64,000 nucleotides of DNA from the human T2T-CHM13v2.0 reference genome, Homo sapiens (GCF_009914755.1 NC_060925.1); one strand, 5' to 3'. Counted from the stretch's first letter, positions 36,628-53,654 are shown. Numbers and translations are program-made. The notes: generated by a model not told the origin, from the letters alone.

Positions 36628-37810
36628 AGTATATTTTTCTTAAAATAGAATGATCAAAATTGCATTCAGTATTCTGGGAATGTTTGAAACTCTTTAATAT
36701 GGGCTACTCTCCCACTTACAAAACTGGGTACACCTTTTTAACATTGCCTATACTTATCTTCGGGGGAGCCTACAATTTAGAACATTGAGTCTATTTGTTT
36801 TATGCTCAGCCAGCCTTTTCCACTTTCCTCTCTACACTTTGTCTCCCCACGTAATAGCCCCACGGAAGACTATTTTCAGGATGAACTATGTGTGATTCAT
36901 ATTAGTATTCTCTGCAGTGCTTTGCACAGAGTAGATGCTGAAAAGAGAAGAATAATATTTTAAGTGTAGGTTTTATAGGTTAAGATATTGTTTACATTCT
37001 GCTGAACATTTAAGATCTTCTAGAAAGACCTTACAGTTTCTAAAACATGCCCTTTTCTTCCCAGTCTTCTGATATTCTGAACACAGCTGTGTATTCAAAT
37101 ACAGTGTAAGGACACAGCTTGAACAGCTTGGTTTAATTGATGTACATTTTATCTTCTATTCAAATAAAATAGTGTTTTGGTTAGGTAGTTGTCTTGAAAA
37201 TACAACATTAGGAATTCGTTTTACCCTCAACCCATCCCATTTCTCTTATGATGAAAGAAAGATTAAATTTTTGCTAAAGGCAGCTTACAAATATATTGAA
37301 TGTTGATATTTCAGAGCTTAGAGAATGATTAAAAAAATTATCAACTGAATAGAGCTCCACCATGAGAAAATAATTGTAATTCTTACATTTAAACAAGAAA
37401 AATCCTATTTGGGGAAGAGGAAAGAAAGATAAATTCATGGGATTTAGAACCAACCAGCTGCTTGATATGCCCAAAATAGTTTTGTCTTTTGAAATAGCTT
37501 TTTAGGGGAATACTTTGGCTTCATACACAGGAAAAGATGGTTAGGTTAGGTCTTTCCTGTATCAAAAATAAACAAACAAATTTTCTCTTGGCCCTAACCC
37601 TCCCCATAGTTTTTATACTATCTTTTCCACAAGCAAATTTTTGTTTTAAGTCATCTATTCTTAAGGACTCTACTTCGTATTTTTCTCTTCAGTTACTACA
37701 GTATTCTGACTTTTGCCTCCTACCTTTTCAGGGTTACCAGTAACCTCCTGATCTTATAGACTCTTTTTAGCCCTTATCTTTATGCCTAACAGCTTTACAA
37801 AGCGTTTTTT

Positions 37811-37945
37811 TGTTTGTTTGTTTGTTTGTTTGTTTTGAGACAGAGTCTTGCACTGTTGCCCAGGCTAGAGTGCAGTGGCGCGATCTCGGCTCACTGCAAG
37901 CTCCGCCTCCTGGGTTCATGCCATTCTCCTGCCTCAGCCTCCCCA
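37811..37945 (-). mobile_element. 5'-truncated AluY (part of right arm), (TTTG)n tail
   Basis: TSD acaaagcgtttttt at 37797-37810 and 37946-37959. Confidence 0.92.
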
Positions 37946-38353
37946 ACAAAGCGTTTTTTAATGCTGACCATGCCCTTCCTCTTCTGTCTTCTTTTACACC
38001 ATTCCCCCTGATGATTCTTACTTTCTCCATCTGCCGCTTAAAATGTTAGTGCTCCTAAGGTTCTGTTCTTCACCTTTCTCTGCTCAGTTTATCTAGGTAA
38101 TCATGTCTGCTGTCATAGCTTTAACTACAATGTCTCTCAAATCTTTATCTTCTTATATTTCTCTTTGGAGTACCGGGTTCATACGGCCAAGAGCTTGTTA
38201 TTTATCTGTACCAGGATGTTCTACAGATCACTCAAATGTAACACCTTCCCTTCCTGCCTTCAACAGATATGACATCCCCCCAGCTGCTTGAGCCAAAAAC
38301 TGGTTGTCATCCTCGCCTTTCCCTCACTGTCTCCTCTCTGTTGCAGTTAACTA

Positions 38354-38689
<336 letters not shown>

Positions 38690-38773
38690 TTAATATATCA
38701 TCTGTCTCCTAAATTCCTCTAAATCCACATTAATTTCTAATTTCTATTCCCACAGCCATTTTCATAATTATTC

Positions 38774-39079
<306 letters not shown>

Positions 39080-39541
39080 TAATTATTCAATAAATATTTG
39101 ATAATGTATCACTTTTATGCCACAAAAGCTAGAAACCTGGGAATCATCTTTGCCTCTTTCCTCCCTTCCCTTCCTCAATCCTCATGGTAGTCATTAAGTT
39201 CTGTTACTTTACCTTCTTTGTTTTATTATCCATTCTACTACCCCTGCCTTAGTTCCAGTCTTCACAAGTTCTTATGCAGTCTATTAGTGTTTATCTTATT
39301 TGTCTGCCTTTATTCTCATTGCACACCATCTATTTCGTCCTTTATTACTGCTTCCCATAATCTTTTTCAAATATAAATTAAATCATGTCACAGTTCACCT
39401 TAATCAATTCTCTATCATCGTCAAAATAAAGATCAAACTTCTCAACACAGCACTCTAAGAATGTTGGAATTTTGTGCTTGTTCATAAAATTCATTTCCCT
39501 TTGCATACAACTTTCATTCTAGTTTACCAAATTATTTGTAA

Positions 39542-39926
<385 letters not shown>

Positions 39927-42299
39927 ACTTATCTTTAAAGACTGCTTAAACATCAGCTTTTAGCAGGCTTTCCTGATAGCAATCTTACCAGGCAATTGGT
40001 ATTCCTCTGCACTCCCCAAAAAAGATTATGTTTATCTTTATCTTATCATTTATCTCTTCTGTCTTCCTGTCTAGACTATAAACTCCTTGAAGTCAAGAAC
40101 TGGGTTATATTTCTAATTTTTATTTCTGCATAAGGATGATGGGGAGAGGAGGATGAGAAGGGAGGAAGGAAAAAAGAAATAAAATGAATAAATGAATTGA
40201 TCCACTAAATAGTGTATAAAGTTGCTAGGTATTTTAGTCTTGATTTTTATTACCTTCACTTTAAATGAGCAAATAATAACCACTTCTTTATCTGTATTAA
40301 ATTGCCCTGTGTGAAAACAAAACAAAACCAAACAAAAAAAAACTTGCTAATGGTATCAGTGGTAAAGGTGTAAAATTAATAAAGTAACCCAGAAGATAAA
40401 TGGCTGCATTTGTTTGCCCTCCTAAAGAAAGGACTGTTAATCTCTTAGTTGCTAATTACCTTGAGTGCTAACTAAAATGCTAAATGAACTTTCAAGTTAA
40501 GATTAAAATATATTTATGTTGATCTTTTATCCTTACTATTAGTACATCCCTTTTAGTGAATTTTTCAGATATCAAATGGACTATTTCAGCTATTTCTATA
40601 GTCCTTAATTTCTCCAAACTTCTCTAAAGACAAAACATAAATCTAATTGTGGTACAGTTGTAGAATTCCTCCTTACTCAGCTCTATTCAGTTCCCATGCT
40701 ATTTCAAGAAAATTTCTATTAAAGAAAAAAATATTTTTCATGGAAGATCCATAACTGTTATAGTGCAGTTTTACAGATATATTCAAAAAAATTACTCTTA
40801 TCCATGAAACAGTTGTTTGGCGATAAAATATTATATCTATTTGATAGATTTGCTTCATAGCTAAGGAGGATTAAAGTGAACTAAAGTACATCTCAGTTCT
40901 TTTTAATGTTTTGTTCTCTTCTCACATATTTCAACTATTTTAGTATTTCATTTGTTCTCATCTTTCCCACCTGAGACATTTCAACCAGGTCCTTCAAAGG
41001 AAAAACACAAAAACTCATCAAACTTTGAAACCACCAATCAATATATATGCAGAAAAGTATGGTGGAGAAATGGGGTAGGGGTAATTCAGACATTTTCACC
41101 AGGAGGCTAGTCATCTGTTCTTTTCTTATATTCTGAATGCAGAATAATAATTTTTCTTAGAGTAAAACAGTATAGCTTGTCAAGTTTATTATAATGGAAT
41201 TTTTACTTACAAAGTTGGTATGTCATAACTGAGGCTAAATGATATAAAACTAATAAGTCTTGTGATGCTTTCTAAACCTGTTTGCTGTCCAGCGTACTTT
41301 TTGTGTGTGTGTCTTTCAGCAGAGCAGAAGCATTCTTAAGAGAAATTGAAAATAAAAGCGTGGGACATCATAGTGCACAACAGTGGACTTTTAAAAAAAT
41401 TCTTTTTTGCTCAACTGCTATATAAAATGGATAGGACTAGAACCACCTGCTAGGAACATTCTTCCCAACTTATCCATGTTTTACTAATAAGATGGTTCTT
41501 CAGAAACCTTAACTTTACAAGGAATGCAGACAAAGTGGGAGGGAAAAGATTCACATTCACATTGAAAAGCTCATGTCAGTTCATGTTGAAAAGGCTAGAG
41601 ATTTGTTTTAACTTTCAGAAATTCAACTACCTTCAGTATTTCTGGTTATATTTTATTGGTCACTTACTGAGAATTAGTAATATATAAAAATGCTATGTAA
41701 GGTATTTATTTGTTATCATTCACAAATACAGATTACACAAAGCACTGTGGTAGTTAGATTAGTGTTCCTTCAGATACTCAGATCTTGTTCACCAAGAGAA
41801 AGCAGGTACTTTTGTAGGTTTTAAGCAAATCTAGATTGCTCACTTGAAATGACAAAAGTCCAAGGCTAGGGTTTCCTTTGAGGAGAAGTGGGTCTGAACA
41901 TAACATCAAAAATGACTATGTATAATAGTAAAAAATTGAACAGATACCTGCTTCTTCTATTGGACTACAAGGGTAAATATGTCTTGTGTCAGCATGATCA
42001 AGGTTTTTAAATGAAAGAAGTACACAGTAATTTTTATTAGCATTTTTATGGCTTGTGGTTCATATGAACACCTTTTTGTTTAATGCCATCTTCTGTTCTA
42101 GGCTTCTGATTGCTTGCTGAAATTCTCACTGGCTGGTGAAGAAGCCACTCAGACTTAAATTGTGTTTGTTCCTTGAAAGTGAGCCCTCAGCTTTCTGACA
42201 CCCAAATATTAGTATAATGAAATAATAAATTCACTCACTGGTGAATTCTTTTCTGTCAGTTTTGAATCTGGCATTTCACTCAATTTTCTTTATTTACAG

Positions 42300-42357
42300 A
42301 GCTTCCTTATGGCTGGGAGAAAATAGAGGACCCTCAGTATGGGACATACTATGTTGA
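42300..42357 (+). CDS. MAGI3: MAGI3 coding exon (58 nt, phase 1-2; provisional exon 7), first half of WW2
   Basis: tatttacag| acceptor, GA|gtaagt donor; [19 protein letters not shown](D). Confidence 0.96.
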
Positions 42358-43321
42358 GTAAGTTTGTTACCTCAGTTAATATTCTCCCAAATATTTTCCT
42401 TTCAGCATATAGCTTTAGAGAATACTGGATACAGCACTTTATGCTTCTGTGATCCAGCTGTTGAGTTTTTCAACTAGGGGAATGAAAAGGTAGGGGCAGT
42501 GAGCATTTGCTTCATTGACCTTGGGCTTCCTGGAAGTTGGCTTTGAATTTCTAAATATAGAGAATAAGGGGGAAGTTGCCTAGACAATTAATAGCTAGAG
42601 ATGGTATTGTTACTACTACAGCCTCTAAAGAGAAAGTCAGTTGATAGAAAACTGAAATGAGGGCAACAGACTAGATGAATTATCAAGGTCATTTCCAACA
42701 CTACCACTGTATCCTTCTGAAAGCAGTGGAAGATCTTTAGGGCATTATAACATAATTATCTGAAGTTTTGAAGCATACACCTAAAGGTGTGCTCTCTTTT
42801 AAGGAGTTATTCAAGGAAAACTTAGTATTCTTTTTAGGGGTGAAAGTTGCTTCTTAGGCAGCTGTTATGGTTAAATTTAAACATAAATATATATTGGAGA
42901 GGAGTGCCAGACACCTGCCTATGTTAGCCAGAGAAATTAAGCTAATATCAATGTCTAATTTTGCCTTCTCTTTTCTTTATCTAATTGCTACAATGTTATG
43001 ACCATTGGGATTGCTTTCTTTCCAGATGCTAAACACTGAATTTGACCTCAAGCGTCTAGCAGCAGGCAAATACTTCTATCAGAAACATTACTATTTACCT
43101 GGAGACTAGGAGTTAAACCTGCTGCCTAGGTAGCAAAGACAAAATGTTATTATTACCTGAAAAAGTAACAAACACAATCATCTTTAATTTTATAATTGTT
43201 TCTTAATGTTTCAACACTTATAGGCATAAACCAATGCCATTTCCTGGTAGTTATCCCTAAAGTAAGTATCTCTGACTCCTGTTGCAACTGTAGTCTTTAT
43301 TCTATTGTGCAGGTTGTTACT

Positions 43322-43394
43322 TGAGTCACTGTGGTTAGAGGGATTTTTGGAATGACTTCTTAAAATTAAATGTGTCTCCTAAGGAAATGACTCA
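43322..43394. promoter_or_regulatory. Candidate AP-1/TEAD motif cluster
   Basis: TGAGTCA 43322-43328, TGGAATG 43348-43354, GGAAA-TGACTCA ending 43394; motif evidence only. Confidence 0.3.
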
Positions 43395-44584
43395 ATTAGA
43401 TTGACACTTAAGTATATAACTTTAGAATTTCAATATCTTGGTTCCTTTGAAAGCTATGCTAATTTTGTTTCCATTGTGTTACTTAATGTCTTACTGATAC
43501 TGTGATGTAAAAAGTATACAGCAGCTCTTTTATTATTATTTTTTCCTAAGACTTATTTTGTTAAAGGAAGAAACAACCATTTTTCACATCAAAGGAGTAT
43601 TTGGGGGCCGACTGAAAAGGTTTTGCAGGATTTTTTTCTTCCCCTCAAAGTTTAGTCTATTTAAATTGGGCTCTAATCAGCTATTTGCCATTGACACTGC
43701 TGAACATTTCTGAGATAATGATTCTCATTCTCTTTATTATCCATTCCAAGTGAATTTGAATACATGGTCAAAAGGTGAAAGTCATTTGCCTGTTATAAAA
43801 CCTTGAGCTGAATGATCTGGTCCCCATTATGCAAAGATATAATATTAAAGCAACTTTAGGGCAAATCCTGAAGCGACCTGCTCCTAGTTGTCAGGGAGGT
43901 ACATGAAATAGCCTGAATTAGAAGCAACAGCAGCAGCGACATGATTTTGTATGATTATTCCCAGAATGAGCTCATTTTACAGGAGGGTTTTGTATTAGAC
44001 TAAGAAGGAGCAGACTGTACTCAAGATGCACATTAGTATGGAGTCAGCTGAGCTGTGGAGTGTGGCTTGATTCCCAGATTAGTTAGGTTTTGAATCTCGA
44101 CCATAGTAATCTGCAGTGAGTTTACTGATGGAGATAAAAAGCTGTTACTTGAATGGCTACTCTTTGGCTCTCTTAGTTTGTCAAACCAGATGGCACGATG
44201 ATTGCTCTTGGCAGGAGCCTTGTAGTAGTAACACCAACTGCAGTGGTAGTTTTTCTTTGTATTTATTTTAGAGGATGGGATTCTGAAATGGATGAAGTTA
44301 TTTTTTAAAATAAAATTTTTCCAAAAATGTAATATGCTTATAATATGCATAAATATAAATATGCATAAGCTATAAATATGCTTATATATTTAGAAATGCG
44401 GTCTTGATTATATTGCATTACATGTCTTTTTAAAATTAACATATAATTATACACATTTTGGGGGTACGTAGTGATGTTTCAGTACACGTAATATATAGTG
44501 ATTAGATCAGGGTGATAAGCATTAAATGTCTTGATGCACCTAGATGACAAAGTCAAAATATATACTTGCTTTCACAACTAAAAC

Positions 44585-44919
<335 letters not shown>

Positions 44920-45830
44920 TGAGATAAATTTTTAAATCCAGATATTAGACATAAAATTTTAATACAGAAAATGTGTCAAATTGTGTACTAATATTTAATC
45001 ATTCTTGTTTGCTTTGTTTCTTTCTGATAATCTGTAATATTCTCCTCTCTTATTTCCCACAGCTAGTTATTTGGAAAACAAAATTTGTTGTGTCTTAATA
45101 ATAGTGTAGGTATAAGTAATTAAATGAAAAGGACAGTATTTTCACTTTTTTATTTTTTGATTTTTTTTGAGTGGCATTTTAGTCTAGATAGTCTAAGATA
45201 ATGAAGACAATAACTTCCTTCAGTAAATCTTATATTCTTTTGTCAAATTTTTAGGAAAAGGATTACTCATTTGCATACGTCTACTCTCCTCTCCCACACA
45301 TTACAAAGGGTATAAATACAAATTACTACTTTTTATGTTCTAATGCCTGGGTGGCAAAGTGAGTCATTCTAGCCAATGACTTTAAAGTGAAAGTGAGCCA
45401 AGGTTCTTTCTGAACAGGTTTATTCTTTTCTGAGTGTCAATTTTTAGTTGTTTTTCAAAAGAATATGTAAAATATCAGTACCTAAATAAATTTTTTAAAG
45501 TAGTTCCTAGGATTTTTATTTTCACAGAGTTAAACAGTTAACTCAGTGGACAGTGTATCCCCCGCATATTATGAAGCAGAAGCATACTTGAGTGTCAGTG
45601 AAATCAGAACCCAAACAATGTCCAGTGGCACTTACCATATTTAGAGCTCTTAAACTATTTAATAAGTAACTACGTCTGTTGTGGAACTGATATGTAGTAG
45701 TAGCCTGAGTGACATGGAGAAAGCTAACATTCCTTTTTTTGAAAGTGTTTTTTTAATTTTTAAATTTTTATTTTAGTCCCTGCTGCCCATTTCTCTACCA
45801 CCACTCTTAATGTTTACAAATGGCAAAGCT

Positions 45831-46095
<265 letters not shown>

Positions 46096-46130
46096 TTATA
46101 TGTACATTTTGTAATATTCAGTCTACCTAA

Positions 46131-46502
<372 letters not shown>

Positions 46503-47434
46503 TCACTTCTTTAATTAAAGTGGAAAACTGTAGCATATGCTGAAATATATTTGTACTATGGAAGTGTTAGAATATGATTTCCATTGCTTCTGAATTAGAC
46601 CTATTCGAGGTCCTAAACATCTTTTTTACAGCATTTCCTTTCTTAACCAACTCCACTTAACTGGCTTGCCAGAAGAATAGTGCTCTTTTTCTTCTGTAAA
46701 ACATACTATCGCCCATAGCGTGTTGAATAGTTTGGCTAATCTCCTAGCGGCTAGTCTCCCCAGGCTTCCTGCTTTCTCTCAGAGAGTTGTATGCATTCCA
46801 AGAGTCAGTAGTGAATGTTCCCAAATCATAAATGCCAGTTGAACCTATGTTATAATTATTCATTTAATTATGATATAATTATGAAGAAATTTAAGTGTGA
46901 AAGAGTTATTCTATACTATAGTTGATAAAAGCAAGTCATTTTCTTAGTTGCTACTGAACGGATATAGGTGAGTCAGTGGAAAAGTAATAGTAATATAATT
47001 TAAAAAGGATTCTATACACAAATTTCTTTCAAAGTGCCTTTACAGCTTGCTTCATTTTGGAGAAACTTAAATTAAAACCCTTCTATCATTAACTGCCTTT
47101 TTTAAAAAAATTAAATTACCAAGAACAAGTACTTCTGATTGCATCAGATAAGAAGGCTATAGTTTTGAAAACTGTTATTGGCTATATTGGGTACGTTTAT
47201 GAAGAAGCTATAGTAAATATAATATCAAAAGCTTCACAGCTTGGCATCTTCTGCAGGACTTTATTTAGCAACAGAAAGCCCCTCTGCTATCATCTATCAG
47301 TCTCTCCATGTTCCATAGCCTAAAGATACATATTTGTCCCCTAATCTATGATGATGGAATGGTATGATAGACTATTTAAGAATATGTTACTGTTTTATTT
47401 TAAACTGAAATGTATATTTTTCTGCATTCTACAG

Positions 47435-47529
47435 TCACCTTAACCAGAAAACCCAGTTTGAAAATCCAGTGGAGGAAGCCAAAAGGAAAAAGCAGTTAGG
47501 ACAGGTTGAAATTGGGTCTTCAAAACCAG
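47435..47529 (+). CDS. MAGI3: MAGI3 coding exon (95 nt, phase 2-1; provisional exon 8), second half of WW2
   Basis: attctacag| acceptor, CAG|gtaagc donor; (D)[31 protein letters not shown]. Confidence 0.96.
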
Positions 47530-48279
47530 GTAAGCATTCTTTTCAATCTTTTCTTCTAAGAATAACTTGTGAAATTTGTATGCTGAGTTAATAAAAGTGA
47601 GTTTGAACTTCTTATTTCTATGGCTTTGACACTAAAGAGTGTCTAGTTGTTACTGTAAAGATATGAATAATCTTAATAAAACATCTGAACATTATGAGAA
47701 TACTGAGATTTTTCTCAGGAGTATACAAAAAGCATGAAGTTGTTGGGAGAAGGGATTTCGGCAGCTTTTTTATGAATTTGAGATTTTGTTTTGAAGATTG
47801 GAATGTTTCCTTATGTTTAAGGCTAGACCAATATTAGGTCTCCAGTTCATCGTTAGCTTTTCCCAAGTTAATTGCTTAAGTATGGTATCTGTAACCACTG
47901 AGGATTCTTCATTAACCAATATTAATAAATACTAAATATATCAAATGATTTACCTACATCATTGAGTCTCAAATGGGATGGTAGCTATTAGTAACATCAG
48001 ATTCATTTAGGGAGCATTTTTTTAAAAATATAGATCCAGAAATTTCGATGAGTCTAATCATGTGTATTTTGAAAACACTGCTCAGGAAGTTCTTACATTC
48101 TACTTATCCCTCCCCATCCCTTTTCCAGCCCTCATTTGTCATTAATAACCAGGGGTATATATGGCCATATTGTAGTAATCCAGTAGATTCTCCACTTCGG
48201 TTGCCTATGAGAGAAATAGTTCTTTCTTATAGTTACTCTTCAAAAACATCGTCCTCCTCCTAAAGTTCTGCATTTCGTT

Positions 48280-49150
48280 TAGCAAACATTTTGAGTTTAA
48301 CAAATACTTTTGAGCACTGACTATATCCCCAGTGCTTTGCTAGGCTCTAGGTATTCAAAAATGACTAAGAGTAAGACAGGGCTTGCCCTCAAGAGTTCAT
48401 AGTCTAATACAGGAAACTGATGGTTATAATACATGGAGATAGGTGCCATCATAGAGTAGTAGTTATAATGGTAAGCTGAGGAGCAGGTTTGAATCCCAGC
48501 TGTGTAATCTTGGGTACGTTTCCTAAATCTCTAAATGCTCCTATTTCTTCATATATAAAGTAGGAATAATAATGGTACCCACCTTTTAAGGTGGTTATGA
48601 GTATGTAAATTAACAGATGTAAAGTGCCTACAATGGTATTAAGCACATGTTGACTAATAAATGATAGTTTCATTGTTATTAATAGACATGTACAAGTTAC
48701 AGTGGTGGCATAAAGACGGGAGTACCCAACTCTGCTTTGGTGGGAAATGTCAAGTGGGCAGGAGAAATTTCAAAGCAGAAGAGATAGAAACTAGGTCTTG
48801 AAAAGTCAGGAAAAGTTAAAGCAGGCAGACAAAAATTTTAAAGGAGCAAGAAAGCATACCAAGTAGAAGGAACAGAATGTTTAAAATCACAGAAGCATGA
48901 AATGGTGTGCCGAAAGGCCAGAAGGCAAGTAGGTGTGGTTACAGCATAGGGTATTTGTAGGGTAGTAACAAGCGATGAGGTTGTAGGGATAGGCAGCCAT
49001 GAGAAGAGGTTGAGTATGTCATATGTTGCTGGAATGTCAAGGAAGTTGAAGATTGAAAAATATGTGTTGGATTTGACAGTAGGGAGGTCATTAGTCACTC
49101 TAGGAAGAGCAAGTAGAGAGTGAAGTAAAATTGCAATAGAATGAAGAGGG
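48280..49150. mobile_element. L2 relic with an embedded MIR (~48470-48670)
   Basis: 'aaatacttttgagcactgacta' L2 end; MIR core 'ggtttgaatcccagctgtgtaatcttggg'. Confidence 0.6.
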
Positions 49151-49194
49151 TATGGGAGGTCAGACAGTACAACTGTTGGCAAAATGATAAACAT

Positions 49195-49825
49195 AATTAC
49201 CATATATTTATAGTAACTGCTGGAATTCCACTCAGTGTATACCCAAGATGAATGAAAATATGTCCACACAAAACCTTGTGAGTGTTCATATCAACATTAT
49301 TCATAATAGCCAAAAAGTGGAAATAACCCAAATGTCCATCAACTAATGAATGGATCAACAAAATGTGTTGTTTATCCATACAGTGCCATATTATTTGGCA
49401 ATAATATAATAAATATATTTTATCTTTAGTAAGTACATATTTAATTTAATATTTATTATATATTAATAATAAAGAGCAATAAAGTACTGACATATGCTAC
49501 AATACAGATGACCCTCAAAAACACTGTCAAGTGAAAGAAACCATTCAAAAAACCACATATTGTCTGATTTTGTTTATATGAAATGCCTATATTGGGCACA
49601 TCTATACATGGATAGTAGATTCGTGGTTTCCTAAGGCTAGGATATGGATGTGGGTTGGGGAGAAATTGGATAATGACTGCTAATGGGCATGGGGATTTCC
49701 TCTGAGGAGGGAAGAAAATGTTCTAAAATTAGATTATGCTGATAGTCGCATGACATTGAATTGTACACTTGAAAGGGCTAAATTCTATGGTATGTGAATT
49801 ATATCTCAATAAATTTGTTAAAAAA
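49195..49825 (+). mobile_element. L1MB-like 3' end
   Basis: 'cccaaatgtccatcaac'; terminus 'gtgaattatatctcaataaa'. Confidence 0.8.
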
Positions 49826-50503
49826 TAGATAATGGCAGAACATTTAAAATCTTTTTTACAGTTAATTTAATACTTCATAAATTATAAACCTGCACAATTT
49901 GATTCTCTCAGTTTTTGTCACTTTCCTAATGGCAGGCATGGTTGAGGAGAAGAGAGAAGAGGTTCTGGAAGGAAGTTGTTATTTGCAGATGTGAATCACT
50001 AGGGTCATCTAACCCCTAATAATGGGCATTTCAAAAGAACTATGTATTTTTTTTCCTAAATTATCCACTAAACATGAGTGAAAGGGATAGAAATATGAAG
50101 CTATTTACTGATAGTAAAAAGATTCACTCCTTCCATCAGTTATAAATCAAAGACTGCAGAAAGCCTGAGCTGTGAATTATAAAAATTCTCAATATACTCT
50201 CTTTCATAAGTTTGTGACACTTGACTTCATCTTCCTGGTATAGTACTTTGCACATAAAACTCAGTAGATGCTGAGTTTTATAGTACAGTTGAATAGTATC
50301 CAAACTTTCAGAAATTGAGTGCTAAAGGTTGTATCATTTTGACTTCATATAATGGACTCTGGGTTGAAAGTAAGCACAGACAAGGCAATGAGAAAGAGAT
50401 TAAGTTGAGAATAACATTAAAAAGTCATATAAAAGATTGACTCTGAGTGCTATATTCATTGTAATTATTTTTGTTCTCAAACCCACTTCTCATTTTGGCA
50501 CAG

Positions 50504-50692
50504 ATATGGAAAAATCACACTTCACAAGAGATCCATCCCAGCTTAAAGGTGTCCTTGTTCGAGCATCACTGAAAAAAAGCACAATGGGATTTGGTTTTAC
50601 TATTATTGGTGGAGATAGACCTGATGAGTTCCTACAAGTGAAAAATGTGCTGAAAGATGGTCCCGCAGCTCAGGATGGGAAAATTGCACCAG
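50504..50692 (+). CDS. MAGI3: MAGI3 coding exon (189 nt, phase 1-1; provisional exon 9), N-terminal half of a PDZ domain
   Basis: cacag| acceptor, CAG|gtaaga donor; [63 protein letters not shown] with the GFGF carboxylate-binding loop. Confidence 0.97.
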
Positions 50693-51076
50693 GTAAGAAA
50701 TTTTTCATAATTATTTGAAGAGTAGTGATACTATAACAAAAATTATAGTGAAGAGATTTTATATACATAAAGAGAGAGAAATAATTAAATTATATAACTA
50801 AAGAAAGAGATTCCAGTATTAAAATAGTTTATCCTTTAATTTAAAAAAAAGTTGTATGGGTATACAGTAGGTATATATATTTATGGGATACATGAGATAT
50901 TATACTATGATACAGGCATGCAATAAGTAATAACCACATCATAGAAAATGTGGTATACATCTCCTCAAGCATTTATCTGTTGTGTTATAAACAACCCGTT
51001 TATACTCTTTTAGTTATAAAATATACAATTAAATTATTGCTGACTGTAGTCACCCTATTGTGTTATCAAAAACTAG

Positions 51077-51491
<415 letters not shown>

Positions 51492-53654
51492 TTTCTAGCT
51501 ATATATTTTTTATATTCCTTAACCATCTCCACTTCCCTCTCACCGCCCCACCAACCCTAACTACCCTTCCCAGCCTCTGGTAATCATCCTTCTACTCTAG
51601 CTCCATTAGTTCAGTTGTTTTAATTTTTAGCATCCACAAGGAAATGAGAGCATTCAAAGTTTGTGTTTCTTTGCCTGACTTATTTCACTTAACATAATGA
51701 TCTTCAGTTCCATCTGTGTCATTGCAAATGACAAGATCTCATTCTTTTTATGGCTGAATAGTACTCCATTGTGTATATGTACCATGTTTTCTTTATCTAA
51801 TTATCTGTCGATGGACATTTAGGTGGCTTCTAAATCTTGGCTATTGTGAAAAGTGCTGTAACAAACATGGGAGTGCAGATATCTCTTCAATATACTGATT
51901 TCCTTTCTTGTGGTTATATACTCAGCAGTGGGATTGCTAGATCGTATGGTATCTCTATTTTTAGTGTTTTGAGAATCCTCCAAATTGTTTTCCATAGTGG
52001 TTGTGCAAATTTACATTCCCAGCAACAGTGTATGAGGGTTCCCTTTTCACCACACCCTCTCCAGCATTTGTTATTGCCTGTCTTTTGGATAAAAGCCATT
52101 TTTAACCAGGGCAAGAAGATACCTCATTGTGCTTTTGATTTGTATTTATCTGATGATCAATGACCTGAGCACTTATTTATATTGCTGTTTCTATGTCTTC
52201 TATGTCTTCTTCATGAGAAATGTCTATTCCAATGTTTTGCCCATTTTTTAATCAGATTATTAGATTTTTCCTATAGAGTTGTTTGAGCTCCTTATATATT
52301 CTGGTTATTAATCTCTTGTGAGATGGATAGTTTGCAAAGATTTTCTCCCATTCTGTGGGCTGTCTCTTCACTTGACTGATTGTTTCCTTTGCTATGCAGA
52401 AGCTTTTTAACTTAATGTGATCCCATTTGTCCATTTTTGCTTTAGTTGCCTAGGCTTGTGGAGTATCACTGAAGAAATTTTTGCCCAGACCAATGTCCTG
52501 GAGAGTTTCCCCAATGTTTTCTTTTTTTAGTTTTACAGTTTGAAGTCTTAGATTTAAGTCTTTAATTCACCTTGATTTGATTTTTGTATACAGCGAGAGA
52601 TAGAAGTCAAGTTTCATTCTTCTACATGTGGATATCCAATTTTCCTAGAACCATTGAAGAGACTATCTTCTCCAATGTATGTTCTTGGCACCTTTCTTGA
52701 AAATGAGTTCATTGTAGGTGTATGGATTTTTCTATTCTGTTCCACTGGTCTATGTGTCTGTTTTTATGCCAATACCATCTTCCTTTAGTTACTATAGCTC
52801 TGTAGTATAATTTGAAGTCAGGTAATGTGATTCCTCCAGTTGTGTTCTTTTTCCTCAGGCTAGCTTTGGCTATTCTGGGTCTTTTGTGGTTCCATATAAA
52901 TTTCAGAATTGTTTTTTCTATTTCTGTGAAGAATGTCATTGGTATTTTGATAGAGATTTGATAGAGATTGCATTGAATCTATAGATTGGTTTGGGTAGTA
53001 TTGAAAAGAATATTGATTCTTCCAACTATGAACATGAAATATCTTTTCATTTTTTGTGTCCTCTTCAGTTTCTTGCATCAGCATTTTATAATTTTTAATG
53101 CAGAGATCTTTCGCTTCTTTGGTTAAGTTAATTCCTAGGTATTTAATCTTATTTGTGGCTATTGTGAATAGGATTACTTTTTTATTTCTTTTTCAGATTG
53201 TTCACTGGCATATAGAAAGGCTACTGATTTTTGTATGTCGCTTTTGTATCCTGCAACTTTACTGAATTTATCAGTTCTAATAGTTTTTTTATTTGTGGAG
53301 TTGTTAAGTTTTTCCAAATATAAGATCCCATCATCTGCAAACAAGGATAATTTGACTTCTCCCTTTCCAATTTGTATGCCTGTTATTTCTTTCTCCTGCT
53401 GATTGCTTTAGCTAGAACTTCCAGTCCTGTGTTGAGTAACAGTGGTGAAAGTGGGCATCTTCATTTTCCAGATCTCAGAGGAAGGACTTTCAGTTTTTCC
53501 CTCATTCAGTGTGATACTAGCTGTGGCTCTGTTGTATATATGGCTTTTATTATATTGAGGTATGTTTCTTATATAACCAGTTTTTTTAGGGTTTTATCAT
53601 AAAGGGGTGTTGAATTTTATTAAATTTTTTCAGCATCAGTTGAAATTATTATAG

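Noticed and set aside
43026-43129. Strong acceptor (ctttctttccag|ATG) with a possible downstream donor
   Set aside because: The donor (TAG|gtagca) is weak, there is an immediate stop in the exon 7 frame, and nothing else supports it.
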